From Porphyromonas pasteri (GTDB lineage: Bacteria; Bacteroidota; Bacteroidia; Bacteroidales; Porphyromonadaceae), in assembly GCF_014647755.1 (NCBI RefSeq), contig NZ_BMPU01000001.1:850382-914381 (forward strand): a stretch of 64,000 nt of DNA, in the 5' to 3' direction. Position 1 is the stretch's first letter, and every line of letters begins with the position of its first letter. Under the pieces are notes generated by a model that saw nothing but the letters and a program-made list of their open reading frames with translations, did not search any database and was not told the DNA's origin. Below are positions 10,468 to 21,944 of the stretch, piece after piece. The position numbers and the translations under genes are program-made.

Positions 10468-11538
10468 ATGCAAGCCTCCCCCTTCCGCCCACTCACCCTC
10501 CGTCATCCCTCTCCCTTCCCTTATATAGTCTTTGCTGGCCCTTGTAGTGCCGAGACCGAAGCACAGACCCTCGCGACAGCCGAGGCGCTGCGTGCCCGAG
10601 GTATCCGCCTCTTCCGTGCCAGCCTATGGAAGCCCCGCACACGCCCGGGCTCCTTCGAGGGGGTAGGTAGCGAAGGCCTGCCTTGGCTCCAGCGCGTCGA
10701 GCGTGAGCTGGGTATGCAGGTCGCCACCGAAGTGGCCTCCGCCAGCCATGTGGAGGAAGCACTCGCTGCTGGGCTGGATACCTTCTGGATCGGAGCGCGC
10801 ACGACGACAAGCCCGTTTGCTATGGCAGAGCTTGCCGAAGCCCTCAGCGGAGAGCGCGTCACCGTGCTGGTGAAGAACCCACTTAACCCCGATATCGAGC
10901 TGTGGGAAGGTGCTCTCCTACGCCTCTACCAAGCAGGCATCCCCCAGATAGGGGCTATACACCGCGGCTTCAGCACCTACGCCAAGGGACTCTATCGCAA
11001 TGCCCCCCTCTGGCAAATCCCCATTGAGCTACGCCGTCGCCATCCCGAGCTTACCATCCTCGTTGACCCCAGCCATATCGCTGGGCGCCGAGACCTCGTA
11101 CCGCTGGTCAGCCGTATGGGGCTGGAGATGAACTTCTCCGGCCTGATGGTCGAGACGCACCCCGAGCCCGAGAGTGCTTGGAGCGATGCCGCACAGCAGC
11201 TCACCCCTACCGACCTCATCACGCTCCTCTCCCAGCTGGATCTCCGCCCAGCCCACCCGACCGATGACCGCATGCTCAGCGGACTACGTGAGAAGATAGA
11301 CCACATCGATGCCGAACTCCTGCGCCTGCTGCGGGAGCGCATGATCGTCTCCGAAGAGATCGGGCATATCAAGGCCAGTGCCCACCTCCCTATCGTGCAG
11401 CCCGACCGCTACCGCAGTCTGCTGGAGGACCGCTTAGCGCAGGGCCGAGCCTTGGGACTGGATGAAGGCTTCCTCAGGGAGCTCTTCAGCTCGATCCACG
11501 AGGCCTCTGTACACACCCAGCACACCGACAGCAAGTGA
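10468..11538 (+). CDS. bifunctional 3-deoxy-7-phosphoheptulonate (DAHP) synthase / chorismate mutase
   Basis: KDO8P-synthase-like DAHP synthase region (FAGPCSAETEAQ..., WIGARTTTSP, LMVETHPEPESAWSDAAQQL). C-terminal chorismate-mutase-like helix (DHIDAELLRLLRERMIVSEEIGHIK). This fusion is typical of Bacteroidetes. Confidence 0.8.
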   Translation: MQASPFRPLTLRHPSPFPYIVFAGPCSAETEAQTLATAEALRARGIRLFRASLWKPRTRPGSFEGVGSEGLPWLQRVERELGMQVATEVASASHVEEALAAGLDTFWIGARTTTSPFAMAELAEALSGERVTVLVKNPLNPDIELWEGALLRLYQAGIPQIGAIHRGFSTYAKGLYRNAPLWQIPIELRRRHPELTILVDPSHIAGRRDLVPLVSRMGLEMNFSGLMVETHPEPESAWSDAAQQLTPTDLITLLSQLDLRPAHPTDDRMLSGLREKIDHIDAELLRLLRERMIVSEEIGHIKASAHLPIVQPDRYRSLLEDRLAQGRALGLDEGFLRELFSSIHEASVHTQHTDSK

Positions 11539-11948
11539 CCATGAAGCTCCATCGCTTTGTCTTGACCTTGGGCTCTAATAATGAGCCACAGAAACACCTC
11601 TCTCTGGCCCAAGCGGGGCTCCGCAGTCTCGAGCTGGAGCGCCTCACCTTCTCGCCAGCTCGCGAGTCTGCCCCCATCAGCTTCGGGCTCTCCGATGCGC
11701 TCTTCACCGACCAAGTAGCCGTAGGAGAGACAAGCATGGAGCTGGAGACCTTCGCCACACACCTCAAGGCTCTAGAGCGTCGTACAGGCCGTACCCCCGA
11801 GCAGCGCAAGAAGCACCCCGAAGCTATCCCCGTGGACATCGACCTCATCACCTGGGATCGGGAGATCCTCAAGCCACGGGACATCACTCGCCCCTACCTC
11901 ATCGAAGGTCTACGTGACCTCGGTGAACCACTCCTCCCCGAGGAATAA
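11535..11948 (+). CDS. 2-amino-4-hydroxy-6-hydroxymethyldihydropteridine pyrophosphokinase-like (FolK-like)
   Basis: 137 aa. LTLGSNNEP... and DIDLITWD resemble the HPPK LGSN/IDLDIL motifs. The ATGA start overlaps the upstream stop, suggesting translational coupling. Confidence 0.5.
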   Translation: MTMKLHRFVLTLGSNNEPQKHLSLAQAGLRSLELERLTFSPARESAPISFGLSDALFTDQVAVGETSMELETFATHLKALERRTGRTPEQRKKHPEAIPVDIDLITWDREILKPRDITRPYLIEGLRDLGEPLLPEE

Positions 11949-12024
11949 CCCCACCGCTTTCACTCGAGACTTCGCAGAGTGCTCACAGCCCTCTGCCAGC
12001 TCGCCGTATCTTGAGGTAAAAGCA

Positions 12025-12125
12025 ACCAGTACTGGTCACCGAGCGAAGTAGTACTGGTCACCATTAGTTACCAGTACTGGTCCGAAGCGCGACCAGTACT
12101 GATCGGATCAGTGACCAGTACTGGT
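12025..12125. promoter_or_regulatory. array of five 22-bp-phased palindromic sites (consensus GTGACCAGTACTGGTCAC) upstream of the tandem OMP genes
   Basis: ACCAGTACTGGT or one-mismatch variants start at 12025, ~12047 (left half degenerate), 12070, 12092 and 12114. Flanking GTGACC/GGTCACC extend the dyad. Confidence 0.7.
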
Positions 12126-12252
12126 TCATTTTCCCCTCCCCGCAATGCTCTTTCCCCCTACGACTTACGCCACAGCAGCACACCAACAGAAAAATTCCCT
12201 GAATTCACTAATTTAGCGGTACGATACGACACGATCTATACCTCTATCCATT

Positions 12253-13044
12253 ATGATCAAGAGACTTACTCCTCTGCTCTTTGCTCTCGGCACGCTACCC
12301 GTGCTGGCGCAGCAGACACCTAAGACAGACCCCACACAGGTCTATTCGCTCCTTGATGGGAAGACCATCATCAAGACCAATCCCTTCAGCGACATCTTCG
12401 GGAACCTCAACCTCAAGGTCGAGCGCATCCTGACCGATGGGCTTAGCGCACAGCTATCCATCTTCACCTCTCCTAAGGCCAATCAAGGGCGACAGTTCGG
12501 AGCCTTCAACGACATCACTTCGGTGACGAGTAGTATAGCCCTCTACTCCTTCCAGCCCAAGTATGTCGCCGTCGTGCCGCAAGTACGATGGTATCTCAAT
12601 GATGGCTTGGGCTATGGCTTCTACATGCAGGCGTATTATCACTACCAGCACACTCAGTTTACCAACCAAGAGATCAGCTCGCACCGCACTCTAATTGGCA
12701 GTAATACACCTGAATTTACTCTGGTATATGATGGCCAAGCTACGATGCATGGCTTCGGCTTTGGCGTCGGGGCACAGTGGCTCTTTGGCCGGAGAAAGAA
12801 TGTCGTCTTAGACTGGTACATCGCTGGGATCGGCCGTGGCTTCGTCCGAGGCAAGCTCACGGGGAGCTATACCCCAGGCATCGACCAGCAGAGCTTCACA
12901 GAGCGTATCCGCGAAGAGCTCCCTAACGAAGGAGAGGGCACTGAGTTCTCCTTTGATGCCACACAGCCGAAGGTCACGGTATCGAAGATCAAGTACCAGT
13001 CCTATATCCTTGATATGGGGCTCTCCATCGGCTTCCGTTTCTAA
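12253..13044 (+). CDS. small outer-membrane beta-barrel protein (tandem paralog 1)
   Basis: 263 aa. Signal peptide (LGTLPVLAQQ); alternating amphipathic pattern; C-terminal ...GLSIGFRF ending in Phe, typical of OM beta-barrels. Confidence 0.6.
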   Translation: MIKRLTPLLFALGTLPVLAQQTPKTDPTQVYSLLDGKTIIKTNPFSDIFGNLNLKVERILTDGLSAQLSIFTSPKANQGRQFGAFNDITSVTSSIALYSFQPKYVAVVPQVRWYLNDGLGYGFYMQAYYHYQHTQFTNQEISSHRTLIGSNTPEFTLVYDGQATMHGFGFGVGAQWLFGRRKNVVLDWYIAGIGRGFVRGKLTGSYTPGIDQQSFTERIREELPNEGEGTEFSFDATQPKVTVSKIKYQSYILDMGLSIGFRF

Positions 13045-13094
13045 CGATTCATTATTCGGCTGGGACGCAAAGCCCCAGCCCTATCTACATATTT

Positions 13095-13889
13095 ATGCGA
13101 AAGATATTTACCATCCTTATGCTTGGCCTCGGCACACTCCCCGTGCTGGCACAAGAAGCACCCAAGCCCGACCCTACCCAGCTCTACTCGCTCCTTGATG
13201 GGAGGACCATCGTCAAGACCGATCCCTTGAGCGTGGTCGTTGGGAAGCTCAACCTTCAGGTCGAGCGCCTCCTCGCCCATGGAGTCAGTGCTCAGCTCGG
13301 TCTCTACTTCACCCCTCAGGGAGATGAAGGGACGCAGTCTGGAGCCTTCCACTACCGTAGCTATGCTCTCAGCAACTCCATCGTGTTCTCTCCCGAGCAG
13401 CCGAAGCATATAGCCTTCTCGCCCCAACTAAGATGGTATCTCAATGGAGGCTTAGGACACGGCTTCTACATACAGGGCTACTACAGATTCCAGCATAGCG
13501 ACTTCACCCGCCAGCATATATATGCCCCACACAAGGTGGTAGACGACAAGATGCAGCATATCAGCGTTGACTACGACGGTCAGGCCACGACACACAGCTA
13601 CGGCCTCAGCATCGGGGCACAATGGCTCTTCGGACGACGGAAGAACATCGTCTTAGACTGGCACATCCTCGGTGTAGGACGTGGCTTCACACGCGGGAGT
13701 CTTACAGGCACCTATACTCCTGCGGTTAGCCACGCAGAGGTCGAAAAGGCTCTTCGTCAAGATATCCCCAGAGATATGACGGATGCTGTGTTTACCTTCG
13801 ATGCCACGCAGCCCCAAGTCAAGGTCTCAAAGATCAAGCAGGCATCTGACATCTTCGATATGGGCGTATCCATTGGCTTCCGCTTCTAA
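13095..13889 (+). CDS. small outer-membrane beta-barrel protein (tandem paralog 2)
   Basis: 264 aa, collinear with the preceding ORF: same signal peptide, PDPTQLYSLLDGRTIVKTDP, and ...GVSIGFRF C-terminus. Confidence 0.6.
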   Translation: MRKIFTILMLGLGTLPVLAQEAPKPDPTQLYSLLDGRTIVKTDPLSVVVGKLNLQVERLLAHGVSAQLGLYFTPQGDEGTQSGAFHYRSYALSNSIVFSPEQPKHIAFSPQLRWYLNGGLGHGFYIQGYYRFQHSDFTRQHIYAPHKVVDDKMQHISVDYDGQATTHSYGLSIGAQWLFGRRKNIVLDWHILGVGRGFTRGSLTGTYTPAVSHAEVEKALRQDIPRDMTDAVFTFDATQPQVKVSKIKQASDIFDMGVSIGFRF

Positions 13890-13953
13890 GGCGGACGGGA
13901 GGGATGCTGCACACCTCTTCGTGTAAAGCCCTCCCCATTCTCTCCATCATAGC

Positions 13954-13999
13954 AAAGGCTACATCCGAAGTCAGACTTCGGGTGTAGCCTTTGTTTTGC
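13954..13999 (+). terminator. rho-independent terminator after the OMP pair
   Basis: AAAGGCTACATCCGAAGTC-aga-CTTCGGGTGTAGCCTTT followed by GTTTTG. Confidence 0.7.
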
Positions 14000-14435
14000 T
14001 CCTAAGCGGAGTATCTTATTCGGAAGGGATGAAGAGCACCCCCGAGCGAGGCAGTGCAAACCAATAGTGGTATGGGGCATGAACGAATAGTGGTCTGAGT
14101 GCAAACAACTACTCATTCACACCCCATACCAATAGTCCTTTGCACTTCATCGCCTTCTATAGAGAAGAGGAAGCACTCAGGGAAGCCCCCTCTTCCCTGC
14201 AGAAGACGGAGCTACGGAAGGCCAGCATCTCGAAGTTTTCTCTATCGTGGTAGGCAGGGGTAGTAATAGACGTCGGAGAAATTTGCAGCACACACTACGC
14301 GGGAAGGAGCATAGCGGGTAAAAAGCGTATCTTTGCAGGGTAACTTGGGTGGAGTACTTATCAGCTCGTCCCTACCCCCGCAAGGCAAGGGGTGTGTGGC
14401 CATAGCTGGAGTACGCTTCATCCGATATATAATAG

Positions 14436-16061
<1,626 letters not shown>

Positions 16062-16131
16062 GAGAGCAACGCGACTGTATCACATCGTCTCCAGCGCCCC
16101 ACTGGCGCGTGTGGAGGCATAGTATAGATTA

Positions 16132-17985
16132 ATGGATAAGAATACACTCATCGGAGCCCTACTCATTGGGGCCGTACTCATCGGGTTCACCTGGTTCAGC
16201 AAGCCCGACCCGACTCAGCAGACACCGCCACCAGCGGATACCACCCACGTCGTAGCCCAGCAGCCCGCTGCCCCACAGGCCACGGCTGACACCGCTGCCC
16301 TCGACAGCACGGGTGCTCCCATCCTCCCCCCTTACCAGCAGGCTAAGGAAGAGAAGGTCATCGTACTGAAGAACGAGAAGCTCGCTCTCTCCATCTCCAC
16401 CCGTGGTGGTGCCCCTGTCGAAGCTGTACTCGCAGACTACCTCGACCAGTCGAAGAAGCCCGTACACCTCTTCCGTAAGGGCGACACGCGTCTGGATCTC
16501 CCCCTGCGCACACTTGACAACCGTATGGTGAGCACGGCTGATGCCAACTTCGACATCATCGAAGCTACCGACTCCACTGCTACCCTGCGTATGCAGCTCG
16601 ACGAGTCAGCTTACCTCGACTACGTATATAAGCTCCGCAGCTCCGACTACCGCGTGGACTTCACCATCCGCGGTCACGAGCTTCGTCGCTTCCTCCCCGT
16701 GAACATTGCGCTACAGGATATCGAGTGGCGTCAGCGCATCCCCCAGCAGGAGCAGTCCTGGAAGTTCGAGGGGCAGTATAGCGGTATCTACTACCACTAC
16801 CCTCAGGGCGATGTAGACCGTCTCGAGACGACCAGCGAAGCCAACGAAGATATCCAAGAGACGCTGCGCTGGGTAGCCTTCAAGGACAAGTACTTCAGCT
16901 CCGTACTGATCGCTTCGGCTACGGGCTTCAAGGATAATAAGCTCACCCTCAAGACCGAGGGCGAAGGTAGCGGCTACGTCCGCTCCGGCGACTTCAAGGG
17001 GACCTTCCCCATCTCTGTCAAGGAGACGGAGACCGTCGTGCCCTTTATATTCTTCTTCGGCCCGAACGACTACGACCTCCTGAAGGGCTATGACGAAGGT
17101 GTCGACAAGGCAAACGCCCTGCACCTCGACCACCTCGTCTACCTCGGCATGAGCGTCTTCCGCTGGATCAACCAGTATCTGATCATCCCCGTGGTGACCT
17201 TCCTCTCTGGCTTCCTGTCGAACTGGGGTATCATCATCCTCTTGATGACGCTCTTCATCAAGATGCTTCTCTGGCCCTTCACCTACAAGAGCTACATGTC
17301 GCAGGCGAAGATGCGAGTACTGCGTCCTCAGATCGAGGCCATCAACGCTAAGTACCCCGGCAAGGAGCAGGATCAGATGATGAAGCGTCAGACCGAGACG
17401 ATGAATCTCTATCGCTCTGCTGGTGCCAGCCCGATGAGCGGCTGTCTGCCTATGCTGCTGCAGATGCCCTTCCTCATCGCGCTGTACATGTACTTCCCTA
17501 CCTCCATCCTACTGCGCGGACAGGGCTTCCTCTGGGCTGACGACCTCTCTACCTACGATGCCGTCATCTCGTGGCATGCAAACATCCCCCTCATCTCGTC
17601 CTTCCTGGGCAACCACCTGAGCCTCTTCTGCGTGCTGATGACGGTGACGAACATCCTCTACACGCGCTACACGATGAATCAGAGCCCCACGGGCGAAGGT
17701 ATGGCCGGTATGAAGACCATGCCCTATATCATGGCGATCATGTTCTTCTTCATGTTCAACCAGAACGCCTCGGGTCTTAGCTACTACTACTTCGTCTCTA
17801 CGCTCATCACCATCCTGCAGTACTTCGCCTTCCGCTGGACGCTCAACGAGGACAAGCTCCTCCGCCAGCTCGAAGAGAACAAGAAGAAGCCCCGCAAGAA
17901 GTCTAAGTGGATGCAACGCCTCGAGGAAGCTCAGCGCCTCCAGCAGGAGCAGCAGCGCAAAGCCCAGAAGCAAGGCAAGCGCTAA
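16132..17985 (+). CDS. yidC: membrane protein insertase YidC
   Basis: 617 aa. N-terminal TM, large periplasmic domain, then a C-terminal 5-TM core with a basic, Lys/Arg/Gln-rich tail (KKKPRKKSKWMQRLEEAQRLQQEQQRKAQKQGKR), as in Bacteroidetes YidC. Confidence 0.85.
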   Translation: MDKNTLIGALLIGAVLIGFTWFSKPDPTQQTPPPADTTHVVAQQPAAPQATADTAALDSTGAPILPPYQQAKEEKVIVLKNEKLALSISTRGGAPVEAVLADYLDQSKKPVHLFRKGDTRLDLPLRTLDNRMVSTADANFDIIEATDSTATLRMQLDESAYLDYVYKLRSSDYRVDFTIRGHELRRFLPVNIALQDIEWRQRIPQQEQSWKFEGQYSGIYYHYPQGDVDRLETTSEANEDIQETLRWVAFKDKYFSSVLIASATGFKDNKLTLKTEGEGSGYVRSGDFKGTFPISVKETETVVPFIFFFGPNDYDLLKGYDEGVDKANALHLDHLVYLGMSVFRWINQYLIIPVVTFLSGFLSNWGIIILLMTLFIKMLLWPFTYKSYMSQAKMRVLRPQIEAINAKYPGKEQDQMMKRQTETMNLYRSAGASPMSGCLPMLLQMPFLIALYMYFPTSILLRGQGFLWADDLSTYDAVISWHANIPLISSFLGNHLSLFCVLMTVTNILYTRYTMNQSPTGEGMAGMKTMPYIMAIMFFFMFNQNASGLSYYYFVSTLITILQYFAFRWTLNEDKLLRQLEENKKKPRKKSKWMQRLEEAQRLQQEQQRKAQKQGKR

Positions 17986-18108
17986 TCCTCCGCACCCTCC
18001 TATGCACAAATAGATAAGTCAAAGATGCGCATACTCCCCGCTGCGGGAGGCATGCGCATCTTTACTTCTTTCCTCTATACCGACTCCATAGATTTATCCC
18101 TTCACTCA

Positions 18109-19992
18109 ATGGAACCCCTCAAGCACGAATGTGGCGTGGCAATGATCCGCCTACGTAAGCCCCTCGCCTACTACCAAGAGAAGTATGGCACCTGGATGTA
18201 TGGCCTCAATAAGCTCTATCTCCTCATGGAGAAGCAGCACAACCGTGGTCAGGAAGGTGCTGGGCTCGCTGTCGTCAAGCTCCACGCGGCTCCTGGTGAC
18301 GAATATCTCTTCCGCGAGCGCGCCGAAGGTGCCTCTGCCATCCAAGAGATCTTCAACTCCGTCTACGCCTCCTTCGCTGACGTCCCCGTAGAGAAGCTCG
18401 CCGATGCAGCCTATGCCGAGCGCTATCTGCCCTTCGCTGGCTCCTGCCTCATGGGACACCTGCGCTATAGCACGACGGGCAAGAGTGGCCTGACCTACGT
18501 GCACCCCATGATCCGCCGCAGCAACTGGCGCGCCAAGTGCCTCTCCATCTGCGGTAACTTCAACCTCACGAACGTCACCGACGTCTTCGACGCCATTACC
18601 TCCGTTGGCCAGCATCCCCGCCACGTCTCCGATATGCATATCCTCCTGGAGCAGCTTGGGCACCGCCTTGACCGCGAGGTCGAGCGCCTCTTCAACGAGA
18701 GTCGTACCCACGGCCTCACGGGTATGGATATCACGCACTACATCGAGGAGCGCATCGATCTGGCGAACGTCCTGCGCCAGTGTGCCCCCCTCTGGGACGG
18801 AGGCTTCGTTATGTGCGGGGAGACGGGTAGCGGTGAGACCTACGCCATGCGCGACCCCCACGGCATCCGTCCAGCCTTCTACTATATCGATGATGAAGTC
18901 GTCGTCTTGGCCTCTGAGCGCCCCGTCATCCAGACGGTGATGAACGTCCCCGCCGAGCAGATCACCGAGCTTCGCCCAGGGCAAGCTATCCTCGTCAATC
19001 GTGCTGCCGAGGTCCGCACCGAGCAGATCATCCAGCCTAAGAGGGATCAGGCTTGTAGCTTCGAGCGCATCTACTTCTCCCGTGGTAGTGACGTCGACAT
19101 CTACCGCGAGCGTAAGGCTCTCGGTGAGCAGCTCACGCCCGCTATACTCCGTGCTATCGGTGGCGACCTACGCCACTCGGTCTTCTCCTTCATCCCCAAC
19201 ACGGCCGAAGTCGCTTACTACGGTATGATCGAGGGTATGGACAAGCACCTCACCGAGGAGAAGCTCCGACAGATCAAGAGCACGCCTTCTCTCTCCGACG
19301 AAGCGCTGCGTGAGATCCTCTCCGCACGCGTCCGCACGGAGAAGGTCGCTATCAAGGACATCAAGCTCCGCACCTTCATCTCCGAGGGTAAGAGCCGCAA
19401 TGAGCTCGCAGCGCACGTCTACGACATCACCTACGGCACCGTAGAGCGTGGCGTGGACAACCTCGTCGTCATCGACGACAGTATCGTGCGTGGGACGACC
19501 CTTCGCCAGAGTATCATCGGTATCCTCGACCGCCTCGGTCCGAAGAAGATCGTCATCGTCTCGAGCTGCCCACAGGTCCGCTACCCCGACTACTACGGCA
19601 TCGATATGAGCAAGATGAAGGAGTTCATCGCCTTCCGCGCTGCCATCGCCCTCATCGAAGAGCGAGGCATACAGTACCTCCTCGAGGAGCAGTATCAGAA
19701 GGCACGTGAGCTGGAGAGCGTCTCGCACAACAAGCACGTGGAGAATGTCGTCAAGGCGATCTACGCTCCCTTCTCGCCCGAAGAGATCTCCCGCAAGATG
19801 GTCGAGCTCCTTCGTCCCATAGACACCAAGGCCGAGGTCGAGCTAGTCTTCCAGAGCCTGGAGGGTCTGCACACGGCGATCCCTGGGCACCCTGGTGACT
19901 GGTACTTCAGCGGCAACTACCCCACCGCTGGCGGTTCGCACCTGGTGAACAAGGCCTTCATCGACTACATCGAGCAGGACTACCGCAAGTAA
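18109..19992 (+). CDS. purF: amidophosphoribosyltransferase (class-II glutamine amidotransferase, long Bacteroidetes type)
   Basis: ...HECGVAMIRL... has the class-II GATase N-terminal nucleophile Cys after a short propeptide. PRTase-type DDSIVRGTT motif. Start chosen at MEPLKHECGV; an upstream Met at 18025 extends the ORF and is less likely. Confidence 0.75.
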   Translation: MEPLKHECGVAMIRLRKPLAYYQEKYGTWMYGLNKLYLLMEKQHNRGQEGAGLAVVKLHAAPGDEYLFRERAEGASAIQEIFNSVYASFADVPVEKLADAAYAERYLPFAGSCLMGHLRYSTTGKSGLTYVHPMIRRSNWRAKCLSICGNFNLTNVTDVFDAITSVGQHPRHVSDMHILLEQLGHRLDREVERLFNESRTHGLTGMDITHYIEERIDLANVLRQCAPLWDGGFVMCGETGSGETYAMRDPHGIRPAFYYIDDEVVVLASERPVIQTVMNVPAEQITELRPGQAILVNRAAEVRTEQIIQPKRDQACSFERIYFSRGSDVDIYRERKALGEQLTPAILRAIGGDLRHSVFSFIPNTAEVAYYGMIEGMDKHLTEEKLRQIKSTPSLSDEALREILSARVRTEKVAIKDIKLRTFISEGKSRNELAAHVYDITYGTVERGVDNLVVIDDSIVRGTTLRQSIIGILDRLGPKKIVIVSSCPQVRYPDYYGIDMSKMKEFIAFRAAIALIEERGIQYLLEEQYQKARELESVSHNKHVENVVKAIYAPFSPEEISRKMVELLRPIDTKAEVELVFQSLEGLHTAIPGHPGDWYFSGNYPTAGGSHLVNKAFIDYIEQDYRK

Positions 19993-20011
19993 GCGCGCCC
20001 CGCTCCGCCCT

Positions 20012-20069
20012 ATAATCCATACAAAGCACCCCGCCCCACACCACGAGCCATCAGGCTTACGGTGTGGGG
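20012..20069. terminator. bidirectional terminator hairpin between convergent purF and marR
   Basis: AAAGCACCCCGCCCCACACC-(18 nt)-GGTGTGGGGCGGGGTGCTTT, a perfect 20-bp stem flanked by A/T. Confidence 0.6.
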
Positions 20070-20099
20070 CGGGGTGCTTTATCCCTATTGAGAAGAGAG

Positions 20100-20591
20100 C
20101 TATACTCCGGCCGACTGAGTGAGAGTCTCCAAGCGTGAGATCAGATGATCGAGTTGCTCACGGAGTGCCGATAGTTCGCCCTCGGCACAGCCTGCATCTC
20201 GCAGCTTGGAGGAGAAGAGCGAGGGGATATCCTCAGCCTCCTCGCGCAAGGCCTTCGCCTGAGGTGTGAGACAAAGGATCACCTGCCGGCTATCGACCGT
20301 ACCACGCATACGTGTGACGAAGCCTGCCGCCTCGAGGCGCTTCAGCAGAGGCGTGAGCGTATTCGTATTCAGCCCCAGACGATCTACGATGTGACTGAGG
20401 GGCACCCCGTCCTGCTCCCACAGGACGAGCAAGACCAGATACTGCGGATAGGTCAGCCCCAGACGGTCAAGATGAGGCTGGTAGAGGCGTGTGATCAGCC
20501 GGACGACCGTATAGAAGCGGAAGCACAGCTGATCCTCCAGAAGGAGTGAAGGTGAGGACATACGATGTATATATCTTCGAAGAACGCGCAC
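20100..20591 (-). CDS. MarR family transcriptional regulator (OhrR-like)
   Basis: 163 aa. Winged-helix MarR pattern (LTYPQYLVLLVLWE...; DSRQVILCLTPQAKALREE). Cotranscribed with ohr. Confidence 0.8.
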   Translation of the reverse strand: MRVLRRYIHRMSSPSLLLEDQLCFRFYTVVRLITRLYQPHLDRLGLTYPQYLVLLVLWEQDGVPLSHIVDRLGLNTNTLTPLLKRLEAAGFVTRMRGTVDSRQVILCLTPQAKALREEAEDIPSLFSSKLRDAGCAEGELSALREQLDHLISRLETLTQSAGV

Positions 20592-20665
20592 CCCATAGGC
20601 ACCGAGGGAGGCTACTCCTTCGGCACCTATGGGCTACGCCGTAGATTAGAGTTGAGAGATAGGGC

Positions 20666-21094
20666 TTAGCACTTCGAGCGCTGGCATAGTGCCTTGAGCG
20701 CCCCTGTGGACCACAGAGCCCAGAGGACCAGCAGTGGCTGGAAGAAGAGGCGCACCAAGCGCTTCGTATCCGTATCGAGCCCAAAGGCGCTGATCCCCTC
20801 CGTGTACTGATGAATGTTGCCAGGGAAGATCGCCACGAAGAAGATCGCTACGACCAGCCCGACCCACACGCGCTGACGATAGAGAGCTACGAGGGAGAGC
20901 CCTAAGAGCATCTCCACGACACCCGAGGCCAGCACGACGAAGTCCTTGCTCATCGTGAGCCAGTCGGGCACCTGCGCCACAAAGTCCGCACGGCGGAAGG
21001 TCATGTGGCTGATCCCCGCATAGAGGAGGAAGAGCCCGAGGAGGATACGAAAGGCGTGCTGCGTCTTGCTCGTCGGGAGCGTAGCGGGCATCAT
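20666..21094 (-). CDS. DoxX family membrane protein
   Basis: 142-aa, 4-TM protein with DoxX-like hydrophobic pattern, between marR and ohr. Confidence 0.6.
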   Translation of the reverse strand: MMPATLPTSKTQHAFRILLGLFLLYAGISHMTFRRADFVAQVPDWLTMSKDFVVLASGVVEMLLGLSLVALYRQRVWVGLVVAIFFVAIFPGNIHQYTEGISAFGLDTDTKRLVRLFFQPLLVLWALWSTGALKALCQRSKC

Positions 21095-21510
21095 ACGAGC
21101 TCGAGGGTCACGTCGATGTTACCGCGCGTCGCATTGGAGTAGGGGCATACCTGATGGGCACGCTCCATAGCCTGCTGTGCTGCCTCACGATCGATACCAT
21201 CGACCTCGACACGGAGCTTGACAGCGAGGCCGAAGCCTCCTTCACCATTCTCGCCGAGGCTGACCTCTGCGGTGACGGCCGTCTTCGCATGGAGCTTGCT
21301 CTGGCGCAGGACGAGCCCAAGGGCGCTATCGAAGCAGGCGGCATAGCCAGCTGCAAAGAGTTGCTCGGGGTTGGTACCACCGCCCTGACCACCGAGTTCC
21401 TTGGGCGAACGGAGCTGTACATCGAGTACACCATCATTACTTACTGCGTGGCCTTCGCGGCGGCCACCTTCGACACGAGCCGAAGTCGTGTACAAAACCT
21501 TGATTGACAT
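21091..21510 (-). CDS. ohr: OsmC/Ohr family organic hydroperoxide resistance protein
   Basis: 139 aa. ...GTNPEQLFAAGYAACF... and ...AHQVCPYSNATRGNI... are OsmC/Ohr two-Cys signature regions. Confidence 0.85.
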   Translation of the reverse strand: MSIKVLYTTSARVEGGRREGHAVSNDGVLDVQLRSPKELGGQGGGTNPEQLFAAGYAACFDSALGLVLRQSKLHAKTAVTAEVSLGENGEGGFGLAVKLRVEVDGIDREAAQQAMERAHQVCPYSNATRGNIDVTLELV

Positions 21511-21944
21511 AGCTGAATCTATTTAATGTAAAGTACGACTGGGAGTAAGAGCATCAGGGCGCTCCTTAGAGCTACTTAGCGAGAAAGCAAGAGGTATCGA
21601 GCAGCTTGATAAGACCGCCCCGTTCATTAGAGTCTATTCCTTCCTTATAGCTGATGATCTGTTTCCTCTGCAAAGGTAATACAAATCTTACATATATCGC
21701 ACACGACATAATTAATTCGAAGGGTAAAGCCTGCGAGAATAGCCTACTCTACTTGCCTTCGTCTCACCACTGATCTCCCACTTTCAAGCCACCCAACAGC
21801 CCTATTCAGAGCATTATCTCCCACCCAACTGAGTCGCGTCCACCTAAGTCGCGCAGTCCCTTCCTATACAGCTTCACCCCTCACACACGCTGAGAAAAAG
21901 CCCCATCGCAATAATCAAATAATAGACTTCGTATAGTGTATTTT

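Noticed and set aside
14040-14150. Imperfect inverted/direct repeat cluster (GTGCAAACCAATAGTGGTATGGGG ... CCCCATACCAATAGTCCTTTGCAC) between the OMP terminator and the pyrG leader. Possible small RNA or operator.
   Set aside because: Only a 9-bp stem with a ~40-nt loop plus partial direct repeats. No promoter/terminator pair defines a transcript. Insufficient to call a feature.
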